Assembly (NCBI RefSeq): GCF_000013905.1
Contig: NC_007969.1
Location: forward strand, 2,610,001 to 2,642,000
DNA from: Psychrobacter cryohalolentis K5
GTDB lineage: Bacteria; Pseudomonadota; Gammaproteobacteria; Pseudomonadales; Moraxellaceae
Reading direction: 5' to 3'
DNA: 32,000 nt
This document shows positions 6,051 to 14,801 of this stretch, piece after piece. A program made the translations under genes and the position numbers. Position 1 is the first letter of the stretch. Each line of letters opens with the position of its first letter. A model generated the notes under the pieces. That model worked only from the letters and a program-made list of their open reading frames with translations. It ran no database searches and had not been told where the DNA came from.

Positions 6051-8471
6051 CTAGTTTTTAAACTTCATGTCGTTCAATCTCTTTAAAGATAAATTATGAT
6101 ATCGTACTGCATCATCTCTAATCTTAGCCTCATAGCCCGTAATAGCTTCACTCTTGGTGTTATATCCAATCTTGTTAAAAAATTTAATAGCTTCATTATA
6201 TAGGCTAACAGCATATTTATTATCACTTGAATTTTTTGCAATCTGATACCTTGCAATACCTTTTCTAAGAAAAACAAATGATTCAGACCTACCTTTCTTA
6301 ACACAAAGCTCTATAAACTCATCACCTTTTTTAATATTTTTTAGCTTGTAATAAGATAAAGCTACATTAACCATAGCATCAATATTATTTTGATCTAACT
6401 CAAATGCTTTTTCGGATAATAATAATGCTTTTTCAAAATTATTTGTTTTATTAATTAAAAGCCAAGCATAACGGTCATATAAATATGAGTTTATAGGATC
6501 ATCAACCAGAGCTAGTTCGTACATCTCAATAGCTTTGTCAATTTCTCCACGATCTGTGTGACTTTTAGCAAATCTAGCATATTCAGACCTAAATGCTTCT
6601 GAAACCCTATCAGTTTTGTAGCTTTTTTCCATTTCTTGTAGCTTTTTTCCATACAATTCAGCCTTTTGTGCCTTACTCTTAATATCGTCTTGTACATATT
6701 TAGTATAACTTGAGAATTGCTTTTTAAAGAACATCTGTGCCAAACTTACTATTTCGAAAATAAACTCTGAACCAAAATCAGTTATATTAGCGAAATAGGT
6801 TTCCTCATAAGCTTGAGTAAACTCTTCCTTATTAATTTCAACGAGTTGATAAATCTTATCCAGAACTCGATTATTAATTTCATGGTCAACATGAATAATT
6901 ACTAAGAAAACCTTTCTTTGAAGTTCATTCATCCTTAGCCAAGCATCTTCGTATAAGAATTCTAACAACTCTTCGTTTGAAAATTTGTAAAACTTATTCA
7001 AACCTTCATCTATGCCAGATTGAGAGTGTTTCATATATTTAACATATGCTTCAATAAGTAAGGGTTTATACATTAGTTTTTTGACAATTTTTCTTAATCT
7101 ATTTTCTCCAGCCTTATTAAGAGATTCTGCATTATAACGCGCAGATAGATTTTTCATAAGCTCTACGCTTTCAGACTCATTTAAACCTTCTATGAGTATT
7201 GGTTCGGCTTGTATTATTTCTCTTCTTCTAGAAGTTATAATAACTCTTGCGATATTTTTTGATATATATTTAACCCTCTCAGACAACTCCTTAACCTCAG
7301 TTGGAGAATTAGCTAAAGTTTCAGAATTATCAATAATTAGGAGAATATCATCTCTATTTATTTTATTTTTCTGTAGAATATTTTTTGCTTTGTCTACTAA
7401 TGCTCTACCATCAATACCGTACCATTCCTTAGATAAATCCGTCTGAGTCTTTACAATTTCTCGGATACAGTCATCAACCATTGGCTGTGCAGATTGAAAA
7501 TAAACTAAACCATCTTCAGTCCATTTAGTTTTCTTTGCAGAGTAATAACAAATGTATAATGGATTATTATTTTCTATTTCAAAATCACCATCTAAAAATT
7601 GGTTTAAAGACTCTAATATAAAAGTAGTTTTACCATATCCCCCATCACCATAAATAAGACAGACTCTTGAGTCTACATCGCTGTACCATTCTGTTAGTGT
7701 ATTAAGCTCTTTATTTCTACCATGAAATGAATCAGTTTGTCGGACTGGTATATTATGAAATAGAATATCGTTGCTTTCGTTATTTATTTCTACTAAGTCA
7801 TAACCTCGATTAGTATTTATACGTTCTATATTAAAAATTCGTGAATTATTTAAACCAAAGCTAAATTCTTCTGAATCAGTTATATTCAGTGTTTGACCCT
7901 TTAATCTCCATAAACCTTTTCTTTGTTTAATGGAGATAATCACAAATGGCTCTTCTTGATATAGTAACGGAATCGATATCTTGTGTTCATCAATTACCTT
8001 TAATTTGTTGTCAACTGATGGAATCAACCTCTCGCAAACCTCAAGTATCCTAGATGAAAGACTTATTAGCTTAGGTGCCCATTCTTCCGACTTTTTTAAA
8101 TCCAATACCCCATGTCCAGAAGAGGAGTTTCTAAACTCAATAAAATTGCGTAATTCATCCGCTAAGCTTATATTATCTTTTTTTTCAAACCATCCATCCA
8201 TAAACCTCTCATCAATATCAGTTCTAAATTTAGGAACTAAGTAATCCAAAATTTCATAAGGCAGTCCATCGGATGGTTTTTGAATCCTATCTATAAAGTC
8301 GGTAAGTCTTTCATCTTCCTCTAATCTTAATATAGATGTGGATATATCCAGACTTGTGAGAGCTATAACTTGTGTTAATGAGCGTATCAACGAGAATAGT
8401 GCATTACATTTTTCAATAACTGAGCTAATAGATGCTATTTCATCCAATTTAATATTGTATAAGCTTTTCAT
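6051..8471 (-). CDS. STAND (NB-ARC-like) P-loop NTPase with N-terminal HEPN-like helical domain and C-terminal TPR repeats; candidate NLR/Avs-like defence protein
   Basis: 806-aa ORF. The motifs run in order: FHGRNKELNTLTEW (aa 249-262), Walker A GDGGYGKTT (aa 275-283, nt 7623..7649), Walker B ILLIIDNSE (aa 376-384), RVIITSRRRE (aa 409-418), YKPLLIEA (aa 468-475). TPR-like repeats span about aa 640-790 (nt ~6102..6554). An RNSSSGH motif sits at aa 114-120 (nt 8112..8132). Hand counts of sampled 60-nt lines give about 23-27% G+C, against about 45-57% in the neighbouring genes. Confidence 0.85.
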   Translation of the reverse strand: MKSLYNIKLDEIASISSVIEKCNALFSLIRSLTQVIALTSLDISTSILRLEEDERLTDFIDRIQKPSDGLPYEILDYLVPKFRTDIDERFMDGWFEKKDNISLADELRNFIEFRNSSSGHGVLDLKKSEEWAPKLISLSSRILEVCERLIPSVDNKLKVIDEHKISIPLLYQEEPFVIISIKQRKGLWRLKGQTLNITDSEEFSFGLNNSRIFNIERINTNRGYDLVEINNESNDILFHNIPVRQTDSFHGRNKELNTLTEWYSDVDSRVCLIYGDGGYGKTTFILESLNQFLDGDFEIENNNPLYICYYSAKKTKWTEDGLVYFQSAQPMVDDCIREIVKTQTDLSKEWYGIDGRALVDKAKNILQKNKINRDDILLIIDNSETLANSPTEVKELSERVKYISKNIARVIITSRRREIIQAEPILIEGLNESESVELMKNLSARYNAESLNKAGENRLRKIVKKLMYKPLLIEAYVKYMKHSQSGIDEGLNKFYKFSNEELLEFLYEDAWLRMNELQRKVFLVIIHVDHEINNRVLDKIYQLVEINKEEFTQAYEETYFANITDFGSEFIFEIVSLAQMFFKKQFSSYTKYVQDDIKSKAQKAELYGKKLQEMEKSYKTDRVSEAFRSEYARFAKSHTDRGEIDKAIEMYELALVDDPINSYLYDRYAWLLINKTNNFEKALLLSEKAFELDQNNIDAMVNVALSYYKLKNIKKGDEFIELCVKKGRSESFVFLRKGIARYQIAKNSSDNKYAVSLYNEAIKFFNKIGYNTKSEAITGYEAKIRDDAVRYHNLSLKRLNDMKFKN
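6613..6652 (-). repeat. 20-bp tandem direct repeat (2 units, 18/20 identical) inside the STAND gene
   Basis: gttttgtagcttttttccat / ttcttgtagcttttttccat. On the coding strand, atggaaaaaagctacaa occurs twice at a 20-nt period, so it is read in two different frames (YGKKLQ and MEKSYK). Confidence 0.8.
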
Positions 8472-8531
8472 AAATTATCTCGAGTCTGAAGCTAAAAAGT
8501 AGGTAGTATTGTAATAAATTCTTAGGTGACT

Positions 8532-8623
8532 ATTGAGAGCTTTCATCTACGGCGTTAACTGCCATTCTAGCTCTGCCAGTTTCGCTTTTTCGGCATCGAC
8601 CACTTCGGCAGGTGCTTTACTGA
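8532..8623 (-). pseudogene. decayed duplicate of the valS 3' end (last ~30 codons), non-functional fragment
   Basis: 8560..8623 aligns by hand with valS 8853..8916 at about 57/64 identities. Read in the valS frame it gives [24 protein letters not shown] then a stop (cta at 8547..8549). Relative to the real end there are two 9-nt gaps. Confidence 0.75.
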
Positions 8624-8747
8624 TGATAATTTTTGCAGCTTATAAAGATATATTCGAGCTAATCTCAATAGGATATAGATAATAGCACACAAATATTCAG
8701 TATTTGGCAGTACTAATAGTTCTTTAGAGAACCAACTAGTAGACAAT

Positions 8748-8781
8748 AAAAAACGCCATCATAAATATGACAGCGTTTTTT
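8748..8781 (-). terminator. rho-independent terminator of valS (bidirectional shape)
   Basis: On the minus strand the stem is aacgctgtcat / atgatggcgtt, with two G-U pairs and a 4-nt loop, followed by a T6 run. It lies 26 nt after the valS stop. Confidence 0.65.
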
Positions 8782-8806
8782 ATTACTATAGATATTTACG
8801 CTTTAT

Positions 8807-11761
8807 TTACAACGCTTTCAACTGCTCCATCTGCGCCGTCATTGCCGTCAACTGTCCTTCTAGCTCAGCCAGTTTCGCCTTCTCAGCATCGACCACTTCC
8901 GCAGGTGCTTTACTGACAAAGCCTTCATTGCCTAGCTTACGGGCGATGCCTTCCGCTTGACCTTTCAACTTATCATATGACTTACCCAAACGTGCCAGCT
9001 CAGCCGTTGGATCAATCAGACCTTTCATCGGTACGAGTACACGTAGCTGACCGACCATACTTGATGACGATAGCGGCACTTCATCGCCTTCTTTGACGAT
9101 CTCTAAGCTCTCGACTTTGGCAAGCGCTTTGAACTGGTTTTTGATGCGTGATAGACGCGCATCTTCATCAGCAGAGATATTTTGTAGTAGTACTGGCAGA
9201 CGTACCGCGTTGCCCAGTTTCATCTCACCACGGATATTACGGACACTAGCGATTAGCTCCTGTAGCCACGCCATATCTGCCTCAACTTGCTCACTGATTT
9301 GTGCATCATCCGTTTTTGGATAGTCAGCGACTACGATGCTGTCAGTGTTTTTGCGACCCAATAGCGGTGCGACCGTCTGCCAGATTTGCTCAGTCAGATA
9401 CGGCATGATTGGATGACTAAAGCGTAGCGCTGTCTCTAGCACGTGCAGCAGTACATAGCGGATTTGCGCTTTACGTTCCTCTGATACCGAGTCATCATTT
9501 AGACTGGCTTTGGCAAGCTCAACGTACCAATCACAGTACTCGTTCCAGATAAACTCATAGATATCTTGGCTGACCATATCGAGACGATACTGAGCGAAAT
9601 GCTGATGGATATCGGCAACGGTAGAGTTCAGACGACTCATGATCCATTTTTCTGGTAATTCCCATACATCAGGATTCGCCGCTTGGTCGATAGGCTTGGC
9701 ATTGCCTTCGCTATCAACACAGTTCATGAGTACAAAACGGCTGGCGTTCCAGATTTTATTACAGAAGTTGCGATAGCCCTCGACACGCTTTAGATCAAAG
9801 TTAATATCGCGACCCGTACTGGCCAATGAGGTAAAGGTGAAGCGCAGTGCATCGGTACCAAAGGCTGGGATGCCTTCAGGGAACTCTTTACGCGTTTGCT
9901 TCTCAATCTTGGCCGCGTCTTTTGGATTCATCATGTTGCTGGTACGTTTTTCTACCAGCGCTTCCAGATCAATACCATCGATGAGGTCAATCGGATCTAA
10001 GACGTTACCTTTAGATTTTGACATTTTTTGACCATTGCCATCACGTACCAGACCATGCACATAGACAGTCTTAAACGGTACTTGCGGCGTGCCGTCTTCG
10101 TTTTTCACGAAGTGCATGGTCATCATGATCATGCGGGCAACCCAAAAGAAGATAATGTCAAAACCCGTCACCAACACGCTGGTCGGGTGGAAGGTGTCCA
10201 TCACGCGTGGATCAGCGTTGACGTCTGCCCAGTCAAGCGTACTGAACGTCCATAGACCAGAACTGAACCACGTATCGAGCACGTCATTATCTTGGCGCAA
10301 TACGATATCATCGCTTAGACTGTACTTGCTACGCACTTCCGCTTCGTCACGGGCGACATAGATTTCACCCGTCGCATCGTCATACCATGCAGGGATACGA
10401 TGACCCCACCACAACTGACGGCTGATGCACCAATCTTGCAGATCGGTCATCCACGACATATACATGTTTTTGTACTGCGCAGGGACGAACTCGATGCTGC
10501 CGTCTTCTACTGCGTCAATCGCAGGCTTGGCCAACTCTTTAACCGCGACATACCACTGATCGGTCAACCACGGCTCAACGATCGTACCGCCACGCTCAGC
10601 ACGTGGGGCTTTGAGTGCATAGTCTTCGATATCTTCTAGCCAGCCCTGCTCGCCTGCTTGCTCAACAAGGAATTTACGCGCCGCAAAACGCTCAAGTCCA
10701 GCGTATTCACTTGGCGTGGTTTCTAATGTTGGCTCACGTGTTTGTAGATCAGGATAAACTTCCATCGCTGGCAAAATGTTAGCGCGCTCATCAAGGATAT
10801 TAATCAATGGCAAGTTATGACGACGACCAAGTTCATAGTCATTAAAGTCATGGGCTGGGGTGATTTTTACGCAACCGGTACCAAATTCGATATCAACATA
10901 ATCATCGGCAACGATAGGCACAATGCGACCAGTGATTGGCAAGGTAATGGTTTTGCCAATCAAATGCGCGTAACGCTCGTCCTTTGGATTGACGGCAACG
11001 GCGGTGTCACCCAGTAAGGTTTCAGGGCGCGTGGTGGCGACGACCAGATAGTTTTTGCCCTCTTGGGTTTGCAACTCTTTATCAGTGAAATGATAGCGGA
11101 AATGCCATAAGCTGCCTTTTTCATCGACGTTTTCTACTTCCAAATCCGATAGCGCCGTTTGGAACTTAGGATCCCAGTTGACCAGACGCTTACCACGATA
11201 GATAAGTCCATCGTCGAACAGGCGTACGAACACTTCTTTTACCGCATTAGACAAACCGTCATCCATGGTAAAGCGCTCACGTGACCAATCAACCGAGCTG
11301 CCCAAACGGCGAATTTGGCTGGTGATATTACCGCCCGACTCTTCTTTCCATTCCCATACTTTATCGATGAAATCTTCACGCGTCATATCACGGCGCTTGA
11401 TACCTTGCGCCTCCAAACGACGCTCAACGACCATTTGGGTCGCGATACCTGCATGATCCGTACCTGGCTGCCAAAGCGTGTTGTCGCCATCCATGCGGTG
11501 GTAACGTGTGAGCGCATCCATGATTGCATTGTTAAAACCATGACCCATATGCAGCGAGCCAGTGACGTTCGGTGGCGGCAAGGCAATAGAAAATGACTCG
11601 TCTTTGTCAAAAGTCGGCTGGAAATAGCCGCTTTCTTCCCAACCTTGATACATGCCCGCTTCGACTTCCGCAGGATTATAGGCGTTTTCAAGTTGGCTAA
11701 GTGCCGCTTGGATAAATTGGGTCAGGTTAGTTTTGCTGCTTTGAATATCAGGAGTGCTCAT
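8807..11761 (-). CDS. valS: valine--tRNA ligase
   Basis: 984-aa ORF with class I HIGH motif ([11 protein letters not shown]), KMSKS motif ([10 protein letters not shown]) and the C-terminal coiled coil typical of ValRS. Confidence 0.98.
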   Translation of the reverse strand: MSTPDIQSSKTNLTQFIQAALSQLENAYNPAEVEAGMYQGWEESGYFQPTFDKDESFSIALPPPNVTGSLHMGHGFNNAIMDALTRYHRMDGDNTLWQPGTDHAGIATQMVVERRLEAQGIKRRDMTREDFIDKVWEWKEESGGNITSQIRRLGSSVDWSRERFTMDDGLSNAVKEVFVRLFDDGLIYRGKRLVNWDPKFQTALSDLEVENVDEKGSLWHFRYHFTDKELQTQEGKNYLVVATTRPETLLGDTAVAVNPKDERYAHLIGKTITLPITGRIVPIVADDYVDIEFGTGCVKITPAHDFNDYELGRRHNLPLINILDERANILPAMEVYPDLQTREPTLETTPSEYAGLERFAARKFLVEQAGEQGWLEDIEDYALKAPRAERGGTIVEPWLTDQWYVAVKELAKPAIDAVEDGSIEFVPAQYKNMYMSWMTDLQDWCISRQLWWGHRIPAWYDDATGEIYVARDEAEVRSKYSLSDDIVLRQDNDVLDTWFSSGLWTFSTLDWADVNADPRVMDTFHPTSVLVTGFDIIFFWVARMIMMTMHFVKNEDGTPQVPFKTVYVHGLVRDGNGQKMSKSKGNVLDPIDLIDGIDLEALVEKRTSNMMNPKDAAKIEKQTRKEFPEGIPAFGTDALRFTFTSLASTGRDINFDLKRVEGYRNFCNKIWNASRFVLMNCVDSEGNAKPIDQAANPDVWELPEKWIMSRLNSTVADIHQHFAQYRLDMVSQDIYEFIWNEYCDWYVELAKASLNDDSVSEERKAQIRYVLLHVLETALRFSHPIMPYLTEQIWQTVAPLLGRKNTDSIVVADYPKTDDAQISEQVEADMAWLQELIASVRNIRGEMKLGNAVRLPVLLQNISADEDARLSRIKNQFKALAKVESLEIVKEGDEVPLSSSSMVGQLRVLVPMKGLIDPTAELARLGKSYDKLKGQAEGIARKLGNEGFVSKAPAEVVDAEKAKLAELEGQLTAMTAQMEQLKAL

Positions 11762-12090
11762 AATAAAAAGGTCTTTTGTGAATAATGAATGTGGTCAAAT
11801 AAATACGTTAAAAATTAGGAAAATAATGAATAGAGTGATTTTAACGCAGATAGGCAGATTTTGTTAGATGCTAAGGTAATTTATCAGCCTTACAGCGCGT
11901 CATTACGCCCCTAACACCAGCAAATAGCAGAAAATACCAATAAACAACTCCAATCGGCTGAACTTCCCACAAAATAAATCCTAGTCGTGTTATAAAATAC
12001 AGGTGATGCGAGAACTTATATAGTTATCGTATAGCATAATAAATGGCGTTTTTATCCTAAAATGATAGCCCGATAAATAGCGAGCCAACT

Positions 12091-13176
12091 GTGTCCCAAG
12101 ATACTGAGCACACTTATAACAATAGCAGCCACTCTAAAGCTGACAAGATAGATGATAAGCGCTTGATTGATGAGAGCGCTTATCATCCATCTAGTAATAA
12201 TAATAAAGATATTAGCGATGCGGATACGCCAGACGACACTAATGCAAAAGAAAAATTGGAATACGAAGACTTCTCTGAGGATATTAGCAAAGAAGACCAA
12301 GAAACCATCAAAAAAGTCGCTAATGATGACAATTTAAGTCAAGCAAAAAGCTATGCCAGTATCTTAGTTGAGCAAGTGATGGATGCCAGAGAAACTTTTG
12401 AGCGCTCACTTGGCTCACTATTTACCAGTGCTTTTACCGCTGGCCTTGAGATTGGCATCAGCTTTTTTATGATTTTAGCGGCTTTTGCGCTTTTGAGTGG
12501 CGTGCTACCGAGCCATTATGCTGTTGTACTCGCCTCCCTACTTTACCCGATTGGTTTTATCATCGTCGTCATCGGTCAGTCACTATTATTTACCGAACAA
12601 ACCTCACTCTTAAGCCTACCTGTGCTCAATAAAATCGAACCGCTCAATAAGCTGCTACGCCTGTGGGCAATCGTCATCGCTGGCAACGTCGTTGGTGGCT
12701 GTTTATTTGCTGCATTAATGATAGGTTTAGGTTTAAATATGCAGCTATTTAGCGTCAGCGACATTGATATTTACGCCGAGCATATCTTAGGGTTTAGATG
12801 GTGGGTGATATTTGGCAGTGCCATCTTGGCAGGCTGGATGATGGGCGTCACCGCGTGGCTTGTGACCTCAGCGCGCGATACCCTTAGCCGCATCGTCTTG
12901 GTGACGCTTATTACTGGCAGTATCGGCTTTTTGGGTTTGCATCATAGTATCGTGGGTAATATCGAAGTATTCTCAGCCTTGCTCTATGGCAATACCGTCA
13001 GCTTAGGGCGTTATTTGCTGTTTTTAGCCGTGGTGTTGGTCGGCAATACCGTCGGCGGCGTGGTATTTGTCGCGATACTTAAAAACCGTACCTTCCTATT
13101 CGAATTAGCCAAAGTAAAGGAAGAAACAGCTAAGGATAAACTAGAGGCACAAAACAATATCCGTGGACCTTACTAG
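12091..13176 (+). CDS. formate/nitrite transporter (FNT) family channel with long acidic N-terminal extension
   Basis: 361-aa ORF with a GTG start as given by the track, so the start is uncertain. FNT-like blocks are present: AGLEIGISFFM, PIGFIIVVIGQSLLFTEQ, IAGNVVGGCLFA, LHHSIVGN, VGNTVGGVVFVA. Confidence 0.75.
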   Translation: MSQDTEHTYNNSSHSKADKIDDKRLIDESAYHPSSNNNKDISDADTPDDTNAKEKLEYEDFSEDISKEDQETIKKVANDDNLSQAKSYASILVEQVMDARETFERSLGSLFTSAFTAGLEIGISFFMILAAFALLSGVLPSHYAVVLASLLYPIGFIIVVIGQSLLFTEQTSLLSLPVLNKIEPLNKLLRLWAIVIAGNVVGGCLFAALMIGLGLNMQLFSVSDIDIYAEHILGFRWWVIFGSAILAGWMMGVTAWLVTSARDTLSRIVLVTLITGSIGFLGLHHSIVGNIEVFSALLYGNTVSLGRYLLFLAVVLVGNTVGGVVFVAILKNRTFLFELAKVKEETAKDKLEAQNNIRGPY

Positions 13177-13264
13177 AGATAATTAGTACGGTATTTTTAA
13201 ATCTAACGCTAAAACTCCATAACCGACGTTAACTATAATCAATTCCATTTAAGAATAGTATAGG

Positions 13265-13338
13265 GCTGCTGGGATAAGTTTTACGCAGCCTCGAGAGTGC
13301 AAAGCACACAGCAAGCAAGGAAAATTTACCACAGTAGC
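13265..13338 (+). repeat. REP/MITE-like palindromic intergenic repeat, copy 2 of 4
   Basis: gctgctgggataagtttt...agcctc...gcaaagcacacagcaagcaagg...aaaatttaccacagtagc. It lies between the convergent FNT and BASS 3' ends. The right arm is degenerate. Confidence 0.7.
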
Positions 13339-13465
13339 CTTTTATAACATTTGTACTTATTTTATTTAGCACTGACTATATCGAAAGTGGTTATGCAGCT
13401 TTATAACTAAAAAATTATAATCGAGCAATTATGCCTGAGTAATTATACAAATAACTCATCCCTAT

Positions 13466-14389
13466 TTACAGCATACGCGCTGCCAACACACTACTTTCTA
13501 TCTCAGACTTTCTTAACTTATTGTGCCGAGCGCTAAATATACGCACCAAAATGCCTGCCGTTAGGAACATTACCAAGGTATAAATAGCTGGCATCATCGA
13601 CATATCGTAGTTAGATAATAGCGTTAATGCCATAAATATCGACAAGGTACTGTTTTGTAGACCGACTTCTAGCGTCACCGAAGTTCTTTGCGCTAAGTTA
13701 AGACCGAACCATTTGCTACTATAATAACCGAGCGCCATGGTCGAGAGGTTCAACAATACCGATACAGGGCCAGTAGCGATAAAGGCATCGACAATGATAT
13801 CGCGTTGCACATAACACAAAAACAGCACTAAAAACGTTAAAAATATCACCCCAAATCGAGATACATAGACTTGTGAGCGATCGGCGACTTTTGGTGCGTA
13901 GCGTTTAATCAGCATCCCAATGCTAATAGGTACAATCGTCAGTACCACTAAGGTAAGCACGGTTTTTACTACCGGCAATTCAAACTCACTACCGCTGCCC
14001 ATAAAATAAATCAATGAAAAACTCAGTACAATGGGAATGGTAAATACCGTAATAACGCTGGCAATCGCTGTCATCGTCACCGACAGCGCCACATCGCCTT
14101 TAGCCAAATAGGTAAATAAGTTTGAGGTAGTGCCGCCCGGACACAGAACGAGGAGCATAACTCCGACGGCGTATTCTGGGCGTAATGGCATGATATTAGC
14201 TAGGGCAAAGCCAATAATTGGCAACAGTATCAGCTGATTGGTCAAGCCAATACCAACGGCTTTTGGGTATTTTAATACCCGTTTAAAATCATTGGTAATA
14301 AGGGTCAAACCCATACCCATCATGATTAAAAACAAGCAAATAGGAATAACAACGCTATTTACTAAGGTGACTAGAGCCAGACTTTCCAT
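13466..14389 (-). CDS. bile acid:sodium symporter (BASS/SBF) family transporter
   Basis: 307-aa polytopic ORF with MGMGLTL..DF, LILLPIIGFALA and CPGGTTSNLFTYLAKGDVALSVTMT blocks characteristic of the SBF family. Confidence 0.85.
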   Translation of the reverse strand: MESLALVTLVNSVVIPICLFLIMMGMGLTLITNDFKRVLKYPKAVGIGLTNQLILLPIIGFALANIMPLRPEYAVGVMLLVLCPGGTTSNLFTYLAKGDVALSVTMTAIASVITVFTIPIVLSFSLIYFMGSGSEFELPVVKTVLTLVVLTIVPISIGMLIKRYAPKVADRSQVYVSRFGVIFLTFLVLFLCYVQRDIIVDAFIATGPVSVLLNLSTMALGYYSSKWFGLNLAQRTSVTLEVGLQNSTLSIFMALTLLSNYDMSMMPAIYTLVMFLTAGILVRIFSARHNKLRKSEIESSVLAARML

Positions 14390-14801
14390 AACTACATCCC
14401 TGTAGATAAGACCTATTGCTAGGTCAATTTATAATGATTCAATGATGCCTGATTAGCAATCCTTGCTAATACGCTTGTCACTACCTGCTAATGCTTATAG
14501 ATAACGGACATCACCCGTTTTAAACAATTCTTTTATAGTTTTATAGCATATCTCATAGCATGCTATTGCTAACTATCAACAATAATTAAGAATTTATAAG
14601 GGGAGTATATAGGTCAAAAGTTAGGTTTAGCTGTTTTATTCAACAACTCGCCAGTCAAATGCAGAATACAGAGATTGAGTAGGAGTAAAAGGGACTGTAA
14701 CGAGATTAAATGAGAGTGTTTAATGTGAGCTTTTGGATAATTTGGATTTTGATAATTGGCGTTAAATACTTTTAGTTAAATAGCTATGACGGTATAAACG
14801 C

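Noticed and set aside
6051-8471. The STAND-TPR protein could be a MalT/AfsR/LuxR-type signal-transduction ATPase acting as a transcription regulator.
   Set aside because: No HTH (LuxR-type C-terminal or SARP/OmpR-type N-terminal) segment is recognisable. The gene has foreign composition and sits in an insertion scar, which fits an accessory defence role better. This is not fully excluded without profile searches.
8624-8747. AT-rich 125-bp segment between the valS fragment and the valS terminator, considered as a possible small gene or sRNA.
   Set aside because: There is no ORF with an RBS and no stable hairpin or promoter-terminator pair of its own. It is best treated as part of the insertion scar described in the findings.
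14555-14566. Perfect 12-bp palindrome ATAGCATGCTAT in the 410-bp spacer upstream of the BASS transporter gene.
   Set aside because: It is a single short palindrome in AT-rich DNA about 170 bp from the start codon. There is no second half-site or known operator consensus, so it could easily be chance.
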